NCBI GenBank assembly: GCA_034436975.1
Contig: DAOTUE010000011.1
Location: 68,079-132,078 of the forward strand
Length of the DNA: 64,000 bases
Reading direction: 5' to 3'
DNA from: Chloroflexaceae bacterium
Lineage (GTDB): Bacteria; Chloroflexota; Chloroflexia; Chloroflexales; Chloroflexaceae
Of this stretch, positions 36,406-46,177 are shown piece by piece. The notes beneath the pieces are model-generated. The model worked only from the letters and a program-made list of their open reading frames with translations. It was not told where the DNA came from and searched no databases. Both the position numbers and the translations under genes were made by a program. How positions within the stretch are numbered: position 1 is the stretch's first letter; every line of letters begins with the position of its first letter.

Positions 36406-38952
36406 ATGGACCTGACGCGATTTTACAACCAGTTTCGAGAAGAAACGACTGAAAACCTCCGCATTCTCAGCGATGGGTTGCTCGCGCTCGAAAAAGTCTC
36501 CGGGCTTGACGACCCCGGAGCGCGTGAGCAGGTAGATGCAATCTTCCGCGCCATGCATACTATCAAAGGCTCGTCGCGGTTGCTTGGCTTTGGTGCAATT
36601 GGCCGCCTGTCCCACACAATGGAAAACATCCTCGGCGCAGTCCGCGAGGGGTCGCACACACTCAACCGCGAACTCATAGACGATATGCTCAAGAGTGGCG
36701 ATGCTCTGCTTGATATGACGATGGCCGCCGTTGAGGGCCGCTCCTCGGAAACAAACGTTGACCAGCTTATTGAGCAACTCACGCGCAATCTTGAGACAGG
36801 AGATCCCCCTCCGCCACCCGCTGCATCCCCCGACGTTTTCCCCGACACGGCAGCACCACAACCCGAACCCGCCACCGATGGCGATAGTGATGGTGTTGGT
36901 GGTGGCGATGACACGACCGGAGATGGCTCCGAAGCGGAGCGCAAAGCACGCAAAGAAGCCCGCCGAGCCAAACTCCGCGAGCGGCGGGCCCGCCTTGCCG
37001 AGGAACGGGCCCGCGAAACCGGCGAAAAAGGACCGTCTGCATCGGACAGACAAGCGAACGCGGAAGCAGACGAAAACAATAAATCACCCCACGCCCCCCC
37101 GGAGAAAGAAGCGGGAAAGCGGGAACCCTCCAGCCCCACAACCCCACTTGCTCTGGGAGATACCATTCAGTCCCTCTCCCGCCAGTCGAGCATTGCCCGC
37201 CAGCAAACCGTGCGGGTGCGCGTGGACCGCCTGGATACCCTGATAAACCTCACGGGGGAACTCGTTGTCGGTAAACAGATCTTGTCTGATCATGCGCAAA
37301 CTCTCTCAACACTGAATACGTTTGCCCAGCAACATTATCAGGAACTGATGGCCCTGGAAACCACCATCCGCAATATGCGCCTTACGACGGAGCACCGCCA
37401 GATGTTGGAGCAACACCTCAACGCACTTCTAAGCAACAGCGACCAGCAACGGCAGATTATCCGCGGGCAGGCCGAAACCTTCAACCACCACCAGGACCAG
37501 CAGCGGATGCTTATTGATGACCTGGAGCAGGAGGTGATGGCCGCACGGATGCTCCCCGTCTCCAATGTCTTTTCCACGCTCCCGCGGGCCGTTCGTGAGC
37601 TGACCCACGCCACAAACAAACAGGTTGAACTGATCATTCGTGGGGAGACAACCGAGTTGGACCGAAAATTGCTGGAGGCTCTCAACGACCCGCTACTCCA
37701 CCTGGTCCGCAATGCCATAGACCACGGCATTGAGCCGCCCGACAAACGTACCGCACAGGGCAAACCTGCCCAGGGACAGATCGAAGTTGTTGCCGAAGCC
37801 ACAGGCGGTGAAGTCCATATCACCATCCGCGACGATGGGCATGGTATGCAGCCCGAAAAGATTCGCACTATCGCCGTAAAGAAAGGGCTTATCAGCAAGG
37901 AAAACGCTTCTCTGCTCTCCGACCAGGAAGCCCTTGAACTCATCTTCCTGCCCGGCTTTAGCTCCGCCGAAATGATTACCGACATCTCCGGGCGTGGTGT
38001 GGGCATGGATGTTGTCCGAACGAATATCACCGAACTTGGCGGGCAGGTGTCCCTCGAATCGCAGCCCGGCAAGGGGACAACAATAACCCTCATTCTCCCG
38101 CTGACCATCGTCACCACACGCATCCTGCTTGTGAATGTTGGCTCACACACTTTTGCCCTGCCAGCCTCCGGCTGCTATGGCATCATCTGGGCCCATCAGG
38201 AGCACATCCGAACCATCGAAGGGCGGGCTATGATCATCCACGAGGGACAACCCGTCCCCCTGCTCCACATGGCCGACCTGATGAACCTTGCCTCCGACCC
38301 CACGATCCAGATCAACCGGCGCGAACCAGCTATCCTGATTGGTATGCCCCAGCGGTTGCTCAGCGTCCTGGTAGACCAGCTTGTTGACGAGCGCGAAGCC
38401 GTGGTCAAGCCCCTCGGCCCCCTCTTTGAAAAGCAGCGGCGGTATAGCGGCGCGGTGCAGCTTGGTGACGGGCAGCTTATACTTTTGCTCAACCCCGTCT
38501 CGCTTGTTCAGGCCGCCCGTGGCATTGCCCAGACCGCTCCTTCCATTGTCAAGACAGCATACCAGCGGCGGCCCCATCTGATGATTGTCGAAGACTCCTT
38601 CACCACCCGCGAACTTATCCGCAGCATCCTCCAGTCGGCGGGCTACGATGTCACCTCGGCGGTAGATGGGCTTGATGCGCTTGACAAACTTCGTCAGCAA
38701 TCCTACGATCTCGTTGTTACCGATGTCGAGATGCCGCGTGTGGACGGGTTTCAACTTACCTCACGCATCCGCGATGAATTGGGAATGCTCGACCTGCCTG
38801 TTGTTATCATCACCAGTCTGGCCTCAGACGACTACCGGCGGCGCGGGCTAGAGGCCGGAGCACAGGCCTATATTGTCAAAAGCCAGTTCAACCAGGATAA
38901 CCTCCTTCGCGTTATCCAACAACTTCTGGGGCATGATATGGCTGATCAATAA
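36406..38952 (+). CDS. cheA: CheA histidine kinase fused to a C-terminal receiver domain
   Basis: Hpt H-box FRAMHTIKGSSR, HATPase (DHGIE, DDGHGM, GRGVGMD), CheW-like P5, and a REC domain (LMIVEDS...VVTDVEMPRVDG...YIVKS). A long charged/Pro-rich linker sits where P2 would be. Confidence 0.85.
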   Translation: MDLTRFYNQFREETTENLRILSDGLLALEKVSGLDDPGAREQVDAIFRAMHTIKGSSRLLGFGAIGRLSHTMENILGAVREGSHTLNRELIDDMLKSGDALLDMTMAAVEGRSSETNVDQLIEQLTRNLETGDPPPPPAASPDVFPDTAAPQPEPATDGDSDGVGGGDDTTGDGSEAERKARKEARRAKLRERRARLAEERARETGEKGPSASDRQANAEADENNKSPHAPPEKEAGKREPSSPTTPLALGDTIQSLSRQSSIARQQTVRVRVDRLDTLINLTGELVVGKQILSDHAQTLSTLNTFAQQHYQELMALETTIRNMRLTTEHRQMLEQHLNALLSNSDQQRQIIRGQAETFNHHQDQQRMLIDDLEQEVMAARMLPVSNVFSTLPRAVRELTHATNKQVELIIRGETTELDRKLLEALNDPLLHLVRNAIDHGIEPPDKRTAQGKPAQGQIEVVAEATGGEVHITIRDDGHGMQPEKIRTIAVKKGLISKENASLLSDQEALELIFLPGFSSAEMITDISGRGVGMDVVRTNITELGGQVSLESQPGKGTTITLILPLTIVTTRILLVNVGSHTFALPASGCYGIIWAHQEHIRTIEGRAMIIHEGQPVPLLHMADLMNLASDPTIQINRREPAILIGMPQRLLSVLVDQLVDEREAVVKPLGPLFEKQRRYSGAVQLGDGQLILLLNPVSLVQAARGIAQTAPSIVKTAYQRRPHLMIVEDSFTTRELIRSILQSAGYDVTSAVDGLDALDKLRQQSYDLVVTDVEMPRVDGFQLTSRIRDELGMLDLPVVIITSLASDDYRRRGLEAGAQAYIVKSQFNQDNLLRVIQQLLGHDMADQ

Positions 38953-39065
38953 GCGAAAAAACTTGTATGGAGTGATGGTTTCTTGGGCCGGGGGCAACGC
39001 ACCCAGGGCAATGGGCCGGGGGCACCCGGACAGGGGCAATCAACAGACAAAAAGAGAGAGGTCTT

Positions 39066-39425
39066 ATGACGACAAAAATACTGGTTGTAGACGACAGCAA
39101 AATGGTGACAGATATTGTCAAAATGCGGTTAGAGATGTATGGCTATGAAGTGCGACTGGCCCATAGTGGCGAAGATGCGCTGACCAGCATCGCGTCCGAT
39201 GTTCCCGATCTCATGGTTCTTGATGTGCAGATGCCAGGGATGGATGGCTACGAGGTGTGCCGCCGTCTGCGCGAAAATCCCGACCTTGATGATTTGTTGA
39301 TTATTATGCTGACCTCAAGTGAGGACAAAAGCGCGGCGTATGAGGCTGGAGTGGATGAATACCTCAACAAGGATATTGATTTGCTCAATCTGCCCAACCG
39401 CGTCAAGCAGTTGCTTGAACTGTAA
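39066..39425 (+). CDS. cheY: CheY-like single-domain response regulator
   Basis: 119 aa. ILVVDDS...LMVLDVQMPGMDG...YLNKD canonical receiver residues. Confidence 0.85.
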   Translation: MTTKILVVDDSKMVTDIVKMRLEMYGYEVRLAHSGEDALTSIASDVPDLMVLDVQMPGMDGYEVCRRLRENPDLDDLLIIMLTSSEDKSAAYEAGVDEYLNKDIDLLNLPNRVKQLLEL

Positions 39426-39499
39426 AGAGAACCACGAGTGTCAGCAAGCGGGTCACGAGAATTGATCTCAAGATAACAAACACAGATGGCAGATGAGCG

Positions 39500-40777
39500 A
39501 TGAACGAACCGTTGCGAGTCCTGATTGTTGATGATTCTGCGCTGGTGCGGGGGGTCCTGCGGGAGTTGCTCGAAAGCGACCACGAGATTGTGGTTGCTGG
39601 CGAAGCAGCAAACGGGCGTGAGGCCCTGTTGCGGGCTGCCGAATTGCGCCCCGACATTATCACAATGGATGTCCGAATGCCAGTGATGGATGGGCTGGAG
39701 ACGACCGAGCAGTTGATGGCCTATACCCCCACGCCGATCCTGGCTATTACGGCCCTCTTCTCGCGTGACGATGTGGATATATCATTCAAGATGCTGGGAG
39801 CCGGCGCGCTGGAAGTTATGGAAAAACCGGACCTCTCCAACCCGACAGAAATCGCCCGTGCTCGCCAGGAACTCATCCGCCGGGTCAAGCTGCTGGCGCG
39901 GGTCAAAGTGGTGACGCATCTGCGCGGGCGGCGACGAGTTGAACCCACCGAAGAGCCTGAACCCTGGCGAGTTCGGCGCACCCGTGAGCCAGTCGCGGCT
40001 CCCGGAGCCAGCGAACCACGCGAACTACCAGCCCCCCCACAGCAGCAAAAGGTGGACAGGCAGGAGCCAGTTTCTTGCCCTCCTTCATCCACCCCACCAC
40101 GCAAACAGACACACCCGCCAGAGCCAGAACCCCGCCGTGCAGAGGGGCGCATGGAAGGGCGCATGGTGGTTGCGCCCCGGCCTGCACCCGCCACTTTTCC
40201 CGTGGTGGTTATCGGGGCATCCACCGGTGGGCCGCGTGTCGTGCAGCAAATTGTCAAAGGGCTACCCCGTTCGCCGGGGGGTGCTGTACTCGTGGTGCAG
40301 CATATCGCCGAAGGGTTTAGCGCGGGGATGGTTGAATGGCTGGATAACACCTGTTCAATGCCGGTGCGACTGGCCAGAGAGAAAGACCGTATTGAGATTG
40401 ACACGGTCCTTGTTGCCCCCGATGGCTATCACCTCTTTGTTCAACATCGCGGCATCGTCCACCTGGACGATCAGCCGGAGGGGCAGCGTCCGTCTGTAGA
40501 TATTACCATGCAAACCGCAGCCGAAGTCTTTGGCTCCCGAACAATCGGCGTATTGCTGACAGGTATGGGCCGCGATGGTGCGTTGGGGATGCAGGCCATC
40601 CACCAGGCCGGCGGCTATACCATTGCCCAGAACGAGGCGACCTGCTCCATCTATGGTATGCCCCGGGCTGCCGTCGAACTCAACGTTGTGAAAACCGTCC
40701 TGCCCCCGGAAGACATTATTTTCGTCATCCTGGAGCGCATCAAAGAGAAAGAAAAAGAAGCGCAAAACAGCGCATAG
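39500..40777 (+). CDS. cheB: Protein-glutamate methylesterase CheB (REC + esterase, unusually long Pro/Arg-rich linker)
   Basis: REC domain (VLIVDDS...IITMDVRMPVMDG) and esterase motifs (VVIGASTGGPRV, QHIAEGFS, TGMGRDGA). The two are separated by a ~100-aa low-complexity linker. Confidence 0.85.
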   Translation: MNEPLRVLIVDDSALVRGVLRELLESDHEIVVAGEAANGREALLRAAELRPDIITMDVRMPVMDGLETTEQLMAYTPTPILAITALFSRDDVDISFKMLGAGALEVMEKPDLSNPTEIARARQELIRRVKLLARVKVVTHLRGRRRVEPTEEPEPWRVRRTREPVAAPGASEPRELPAPPQQQKVDRQEPVSCPPSSTPPRKQTHPPEPEPRRAEGRMEGRMVVAPRPAPATFPVVVIGASTGGPRVVQQIVKGLPRSPGGAVLVVQHIAEGFSAGMVEWLDNTCSMPVRLAREKDRIEIDTVLVAPDGYHLFVQHRGIVHLDDQPEGQRPSVDITMQTAAEVFGSRTIGVLLTGMGRDGALGMQAIHQAGGYTIAQNEATCSIYGMPRAAVELNVVKTVLPPEDIIFVILERIKEKEKEAQNSA

Positions 40778-40786
40778 AGGGCACGC

Positions 40787-42304
40787 ATGGCTCATATTCG
40801 CCAGAAAATAGAACCCCCCGACGACATCCCGGCCTCCCAGTTTGAGCTGCTGCGAACCATTGTTGCGGCGTACAGCGGGGTGTATCTGGACCGAACCAGT
40901 GTACGCTCGCTCCTTTCGGCCCTGAAAACCCGCTTTCAAACCAGGGGAATGATGCTTGAGGATTACCTGGAATATCTCAAGAAACCGGGGGGGCGGGCCG
41001 AACTCCACGAACTCTCCGAGTTGCTGCTGAATCATGAGACCATCTTTTTCCGCAATCAGCCCCACATGCAGGTGCTCCGCGAGGTTATTTTGCCCAGGAT
41101 GCACCGCTACAAGCCTGCACACGAACCAATCCGTCTATGGAGCGCGGGGTGTTCAACGGGAGAAGAACCCTATTCACTGGCTATCATTGTGCTGGAGACG
41201 CTCGGAAGGGTATTGCCGCGCCCGGTGGAAATCTGGGCCACAGACCTGAGTGCGACTGCGTTGGAGCGGGCCCGGAAAGGCATCTACAAGGGCCGCACGC
41301 TCAGCAATGTCACGCCCGATATTGCCGGGCGATATTTTCACAGCCACAACGGAATGCAAGCCGTGAATAGCGAGGTGCGGGACCTTGTGCGCTTCGACCA
41401 ATTCAATCTGCTTGACCCGTTTCCCCCCCAGGCGCAAAACCTCGATATTATCTTTTGCCAGAACGTAACCATATACTTTGAACTGGAAACCTTCCGCAAC
41501 CTGATTGATCGGTTCTACCAGGTGTTGAACGAGGGGGGAATGCTCTTTCTGGGGTTTTCGGAAACGCTCTGGAATATCTACGAAAAATTTCGCCTTCTGG
41601 AGATCAACGGGTCGTTTGTGTATATGAAGGAGACGCGCCCTCAGTCGCCCCCCCCTGCCCCCTCTCCTGCCCCGCTCCCCGCAAGAGAGCCGCAAAAACG
41701 GCGTATCCGCATCAAAGACCCCATCCCCCCCGGAGGGGCTACGGCCAGGCCAGGCCTGGCCCCACTCTCCGACGGATCTCCCACCTCGCGCACAACCGAG
41801 CTGGAGACCATCCGGCGGGGACGCGAACTGCTGGACGAGGGCAAGGCCGAGGAAATGCTGGAATTGCTGGCCCGGGAGCCGCTCACCGGCCCCCATGCGC
41901 CCCAGGCCCTCGCGCTGGTGGCGCGGGCCCACGCCAACCGTGGCGACCTGGACCTGGCCGTTGCCGAGGCGCGGCGGGCCATCGAAATGAACTGGCGCAC
42001 CACCGAAGCCTACCTGCTGCTTGGCATCCTCTATGCGCAGCAAGGGCAGATCCAGGCCGCCACCGCACAGATTGAACGCGCTCGCTACCTCGACCCGGAC
42101 GCGCCCCTCATCTCGTTTCACCTTGCCAACGTCTACACCCAGATGGGCCGCTCGGAATCTGCCCTCCGCGAATATCAAAACACGCTCAACAAACTGGCGG
42201 GCTACGCTCCCGAAACGTTGCTCGATGGTGTGGCGGTCGAGTGGCTCCGCGAAACCTGCGAACGCTACAAAACCAGGTTGCGGAAGAAACAAAGACAATG
42301 GTAA
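40787..42304 (+). CDS. cheR: Chemotaxis methyltransferase CheR fused to C-terminal TPR repeats
   Basis: TIFFRNQPHM, IRLWSAGCSTGEEPYSLAI and IFCQNVTIYF motifs, then a Pro-rich linker and TPR-like repeats. Confidence 0.85.
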   Translation: MAHIRQKIEPPDDIPASQFELLRTIVAAYSGVYLDRTSVRSLLSALKTRFQTRGMMLEDYLEYLKKPGGRAELHELSELLLNHETIFFRNQPHMQVLREVILPRMHRYKPAHEPIRLWSAGCSTGEEPYSLAIIVLETLGRVLPRPVEIWATDLSATALERARKGIYKGRTLSNVTPDIAGRYFHSHNGMQAVNSEVRDLVRFDQFNLLDPFPPQAQNLDIIFCQNVTIYFELETFRNLIDRFYQVLNEGGMLFLGFSETLWNIYEKFRLLEINGSFVYMKETRPQSPPPAPSPAPLPAREPQKRRIRIKDPIPPGGATARPGLAPLSDGSPTSRTTELETIRRGRELLDEGKAEEMLELLAREPLTGPHAPQALALVARAHANRGDLDLAVAEARRAIEMNWRTTEAYLLLGILYAQQGQIQAATAQIERARYLDPDAPLISFHLANVYTQMGRSESALREYQNTLNKLAGYAPETLLDGVAVEWLRETCERYKTRLRKKQRQW

Positions 42305-42338
42305 AATTGAAAGAAGGGAAAACGATCGTCTGGATACT

Positions 42339-43505
42339 ATGAAGGCTCTTCCACAGAATAATCGCATCTCCAGCACATTGCTTTGTCACCGGGCCTCGCG
42401 GAGGCGGTTGGTTCGCCATCTCTCCAACAATCATCACTCCCCCAGAAAAGCTGTTCAGCAGCAGCAGCAAGCCACAGAAGAGGCCTTGCGCCAGCAAGAA
42501 GAAGAGCAACGCCGACAGGCCGAACTCGAAAAAGACCTCCAGCTTGCCCGCGATATTCAGCAAGGGATGCTCCTGGCGGCGGTGCCCTATTTGCCTGGTT
42601 GGGAGTTTAGCGCGGTTTCGTTGCCAGCCCGCGACCTCGGCGGCGACCTCTACGACTTTCTCCCGCTGCACAATGGGCACCAGGCCATTATGATTGGGGA
42701 TGTGTCGGGGAAGGGGTTGCAGGCCGCCCTCCGTATGGCTGTTGCCCGAACGCTCTTTCGCTACGAGGCCCGCAATGGACACTCGCCGGCCTCAACCCTC
42801 GCTTCGATCAACCGCGGCGTGTGCAACGATATTCCCCAGGGAATGGTGACAATGCTCTATGCCACGCTTGACCCGCTGAAAGGGGTGGTCCGCATATCCA
42901 ACGCTGGACACACCTACCCCCTGCTCTTCAATTCCACCGTGCAGGAGTTTGAACTGCCGGGGCTTCCGCTTGGGGTTGACCCCGATATAGACTACGATGA
43001 AGAAGAGACCATCCCTGTTGCCCCCGGCGATAGCCTCTTTCTCTACACCGACGGGGTGAACGAAGCAACCAGTATGGATGAGCAGGAGTTTGGCTTTGAG
43101 CGGCTTCAGCAGGTGTTGCAAACCAGCAATCACATTCGCCCCCGCACCCTGATGAAACGAATTTTGAATGAACTCCGTGCCTGGAGTGCAGGAAACGCGC
43201 AGAGCGATGATATTACAATGGTCGTGCTACGCCGCCGCTTCGCCAGCCTGAGCAACGAACTCCACATTGTGACAATGGATGTTGTGGGGGAAGAGCGGGC
43301 CGCCCCCCTGTGGGAAGAGATACTCCCTCTTCTGGCGGGTACGCCGGAAGAGTCCGGGGGGGAACAGTGGTCGGTGGTGCTTTCGCAGCTTTCTGCCTTG
43401 ATGAAGGGGAATTTTAGCCGCGGGCTTATACGAGAATTATCACAGGAATTTCGCCTGACCATTGAAGAATATCGAAACCCATTGACGCAGGGGGGATTCT
43501 CATGA
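42339..43505 (+). CDS. SpoIIE/PP2C-family protein serine phosphatase (RsbU-like) without recognisable N-terminal sensor
   Basis: ATG at 42339, 34 nt after cheR. LARDIQQGML, GGDLYDF, GDVSGKGLQAAL, TDGVNEA and DDITMVVL motifs. ~95-aa C-terminal extension. Confidence 0.8.
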   Translation: MKALPQNNRISSTLLCHRASRRRLVRHLSNNHHSPRKAVQQQQQATEEALRQQEEEQRRQAELEKDLQLARDIQQGMLLAAVPYLPGWEFSAVSLPARDLGGDLYDFLPLHNGHQAIMIGDVSGKGLQAALRMAVARTLFRYEARNGHSPASTLASINRGVCNDIPQGMVTMLYATLDPLKGVVRISNAGHTYPLLFNSTVQEFELPGLPLGVDPDIDYDEEETIPVAPGDSLFLYTDGVNEATSMDEQEFGFERLQQVLQTSNHIRPRTLMKRILNELRAWSAGNAQSDDITMVVLRRRFASLSNELHIVTMDVVGEERAAPLWEEILPLLAGTPEESGGEQWSVVLSQLSALMKGNFSRGLIRELSQEFRLTIEEYRNPLTQGGFS

Positions 43506-43878
43506 TACGATACAAAATACGACGCAATTATATTGTTTGTGCGCCAGGCATTCCGGGCAAACGGTTTTGAGATGGCGGAAATGGGCGAATGCCGGGGGGT
43601 GGAGATGTCGCCGGGCATCTTTGCACCCCCTCTCTTGCCCTCAAAAAAACCTGGAGCAGCTATCCGAACCACAACCAGATGACGGGCTTCGAGAGAACCA
43701 CGGTTGCGCTGCACACGCTTGAAAATGCCCCCTGGGGCGGGTTGGATGCGAGATGGGATATTCAGAAGTATGGGATAGGCGAGAGCAACCACATTGTCTG
43801 TCCAGGCTACCAGTCCTGAACTGGTCGTCCCCGGTAGTGGCTACGTCGGGACGTAAAACCGCCTGTGGACTGCGTGTT

Positions 43879-44006
43879 ATACCATGTTCGGCTGAACGCC
43901 TGGAAAAAACCACAAAGACACAAAGGGCACAAAGGCTTTGTGAAAGGATTTTTCTTTGTGTACTCCGTGCCTTTGTGGTAAAACTATCTATCCGAATTTG
44001 GTATTA
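43879..44006 (+). repeat. Family-B hairpin repeat, copy B5 (long form)
   Basis: ATACCATGTTCGGCTGAACGCC..AAAAAACCACAAAGACACAAAGGGCAC...GTGCCTTTGTGGTAAAACTATCTATCCGAATTTGGTATTA. Confidence 0.8.
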
Positions 44007-44114
44007 GACGCTCATGTGAGGGCGCAGTGCAGAATGAAGCAGGAATTTCGGAAATGGACAAAGCGTACCTTTGGGTACATTTGAACACGTAGAAAGTAGC
44101 AGAATAAGGTAGTC

Positions 44115-44250
44115 GTAATCGTTCAGGACCCCCACCTGTCCTCCCCCCACTGGGGAGAGGGATTGGGAGGGGGGACGCGCCCGTATCGGGGCAAGCGAGA
44201 CGCTTGCGCTCCCAGGGATTGAGGGTTGCCCGAACCCAGTGAACGTTTAC
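44115..44250 (+). mobile_element. Family-A MITE-like element, copy A4
   Basis: It starts GTAATCGTTCAGG, has the interior CCCCCACCTGTCCTCCCCCC..GGGGAGAGGGATTGGGAGGGG and GCAAGCGAGACGCTTGC, and ends CAGTGAACGTTTAC (imperfect TIR). Confidence 0.8.
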
Positions 44251-44424
44251 AGGTAGTCTATTGAGAAATCTGGAGTTTCTCCAACAGGAACTTCAGGAAA
44301 GGTCCACGGAAACAATTTGCAATTGTCTGGCGGGTTCTGCGTTCTATAAGATATAGTGAAACAAGTAGCAGGAGCAGAGAAGCAGAATGATTGCCAGTCT
44401 GATCAAGCATAGGTGGGGTTTATT

Positions 44425-46005
44425 ATGGCCGCAAAAGAACCGCTAATGTTCATGCCGCTGGATCTGGATACCTTTACAGGAAGTGAGCGATTCGTTGAAG
44501 GAACGCGCATGGGAGCTGCCTTTAGCCTGGGTATTCGCTCCTACCTGCGTGCAGCCTATGCAGATGCGATTGAGCATTTCAAGGCGGCTCTGATTGCGGC
44601 ATATGTGGATGGCGAAGAAAAAGCCCAGATATATGACAGAGAACGGGCCATTATCTACCTCTACATTGGCAATGCGCTTGCCTTTCAAGATGATTGGGAA
44701 GCGGCCATGCGTGAGTATCTGGAGGCGGTGCAGACCGACCCCAAGCTGGCCGAGGCCCACTACAATCTCGGAGTAGCCTTTGCTGCACGAGGGCAGATCG
44801 AACGGGCCATCTCCGGCTTCAAAGAAGCCCTGGAGCACAACCCGAACCTCTACGAAGCCCATTTCTCGCTTGGGCGGTGCTACCAGCGACTGGACGATGC
44901 CGGGCGGGCCTATATTCACTATTCCAACGCTTGCAACACCCGCCCCGGCGCAGCGGAACCGCGCTACTACCTGGGGTTGATGCACCAGAGCCACGGAGCC
45001 TACGAGCTGGCGCAACGCTGTTTTGCCGATGCGCTCCGGGTTGAGCCAAACTTTGTCTCGCCCGCCATGCTCGAAGATCAGGTGCTCGAAACTCGCAGCG
45101 AATCAGAGGTTGTCCAATGGTACTATCGGCTCAGCGAAGACCTGAAACAGCAAAACTATGAGGAAGAGGCCGAACGTATCTACCGTGCGCTCCTGCAATG
45201 GCGGCCCGAAGAATACTACGCCCACTATCTGCTTGGAAACTTGCTGGCGCGGGGAAGGCGGTGGGATGAATCGCTGGAGGAATACCGCAAGGTGCCGCCT
45301 CAGAATAAGTATTATGTGGATGCCCGCCTGCGGATGAGTACCGTATTGCGGCTGCAAAAACGCACGAAAGAAGCCTACGACATCCTCTTTGATTGTGCAA
45401 AACTCCACCCGGCCAACGGGCGGATCTTTCAGAGCATGGGGCGATTGCTCTACGATATGGGCAAAACAGCAAACGCAACGCGGGCCTTCGAGCGGGCCGT
45501 TCAGTTGATGCCCAACAATGCCCAGGTGCATTATTTGCTTGGTTTTACCTATATGACGATGGGGCGAGAAAACTGGACCCTGGCGGCCTGGCGCAAGGCC
45601 GTTGACCTGGCCCCCGACAGCTACTCGCTGCGCTACGACCTGGGCTATATGTATGTCCGGCGGGGGCGGCACGATCTGGCTGCCAGAGAGTTTGTGCTGG
45701 TGCTGGAACACTGGCCTGACGATGTGGAAACGAGTTTTATGCTTGGTTTGTGCTACCGCGAGCTGGTGGAGCCAGCGCGAGCCATCCCGCTCTTCGAGAA
45801 GGTGCTGCGCCGCAACCCGCGCCACGCTCAGGCCCTCTACTATCTCGGTGCCTGCTATCTTCAGATTGGAAATACCTCACTCGGCAAAGCCTACCTGCGC
45901 CGATACGACCACCTGGTCCGCCACAACCCTGTGGCTTCAACATCCCCACGGACGCGATTTCGGAGAAACTACGAACAGGAGGCAGTTGCAAGCCCGTCCA
46001 TGTAA
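44425..46005 (+). CDS. Tetratricopeptide (TPR) repeat protein
   Basis: ~527 aa with many 34-aa TPR units (AEAHYNLGVAFAARGQIERAISGFKEALEHNPN, etc.). Confidence 0.75.
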   Translation: MAAKEPLMFMPLDLDTFTGSERFVEGTRMGAAFSLGIRSYLRAAYADAIEHFKAALIAAYVDGEEKAQIYDRERAIIYLYIGNALAFQDDWEAAMREYLEAVQTDPKLAEAHYNLGVAFAARGQIERAISGFKEALEHNPNLYEAHFSLGRCYQRLDDAGRAYIHYSNACNTRPGAAEPRYYLGLMHQSHGAYELAQRCFADALRVEPNFVSPAMLEDQVLETRSESEVVQWYYRLSEDLKQQNYEEEAERIYRALLQWRPEEYYAHYLLGNLLARGRRWDESLEEYRKVPPQNKYYVDARLRMSTVLRLQKRTKEAYDILFDCAKLHPANGRIFQSMGRLLYDMGKTANATRAFERAVQLMPNNAQVHYLLGFTYMTMGRENWTLAAWRKAVDLAPDSYSLRYDLGYMYVRRGRHDLAAREFVLVLEHWPDDVETSFMLGLCYRELVEPARAIPLFEKVLRRNPRHAQALYYLGACYLQIGNTSLGKAYLRRYDHLVRHNPVASTSPRTRFRRNYEQEAVASPSM

Positions 46006-46177
46006 TTGTATGATGGAAGAGAAGAGCAGGTGTCTTGCCTGGAACATCCGGCCGGGGATGTCTGGCCTGGAAGGTTCGGCCTGGCCTGGAGTGTCCGGGC
46101 AATGTGTATAGCTGTGTGTTTCTCGATTTTTTCTGGGGCAATTCTGGCTGATGCCGCTCACGAAAGGATGTTCGTCT

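Noticed and set aside
42021-42338. Upstream extension of the PP2C ORF overlapping cheR
   Set aside because: The translation is Arg/Ser/Thr-rich and non-protein-like. It overlaps the cheR TPR region in another frame. The ATG at 42339 follows the cheR stop by 34 nt.
41174-42376. 400-aa minus-strand ORF over cheR
   Set aside because: It is an antisense shadow. The plus frame has CheR SAM-binding motifs.
43130-43792. 220-aa minus-strand ORF extending from the PP2C gene into the non-coding gap
   Set aside because: More than half overlaps the PP2C coding frame, and the remainder has no motif or RBS. I treated the region as non-coding.
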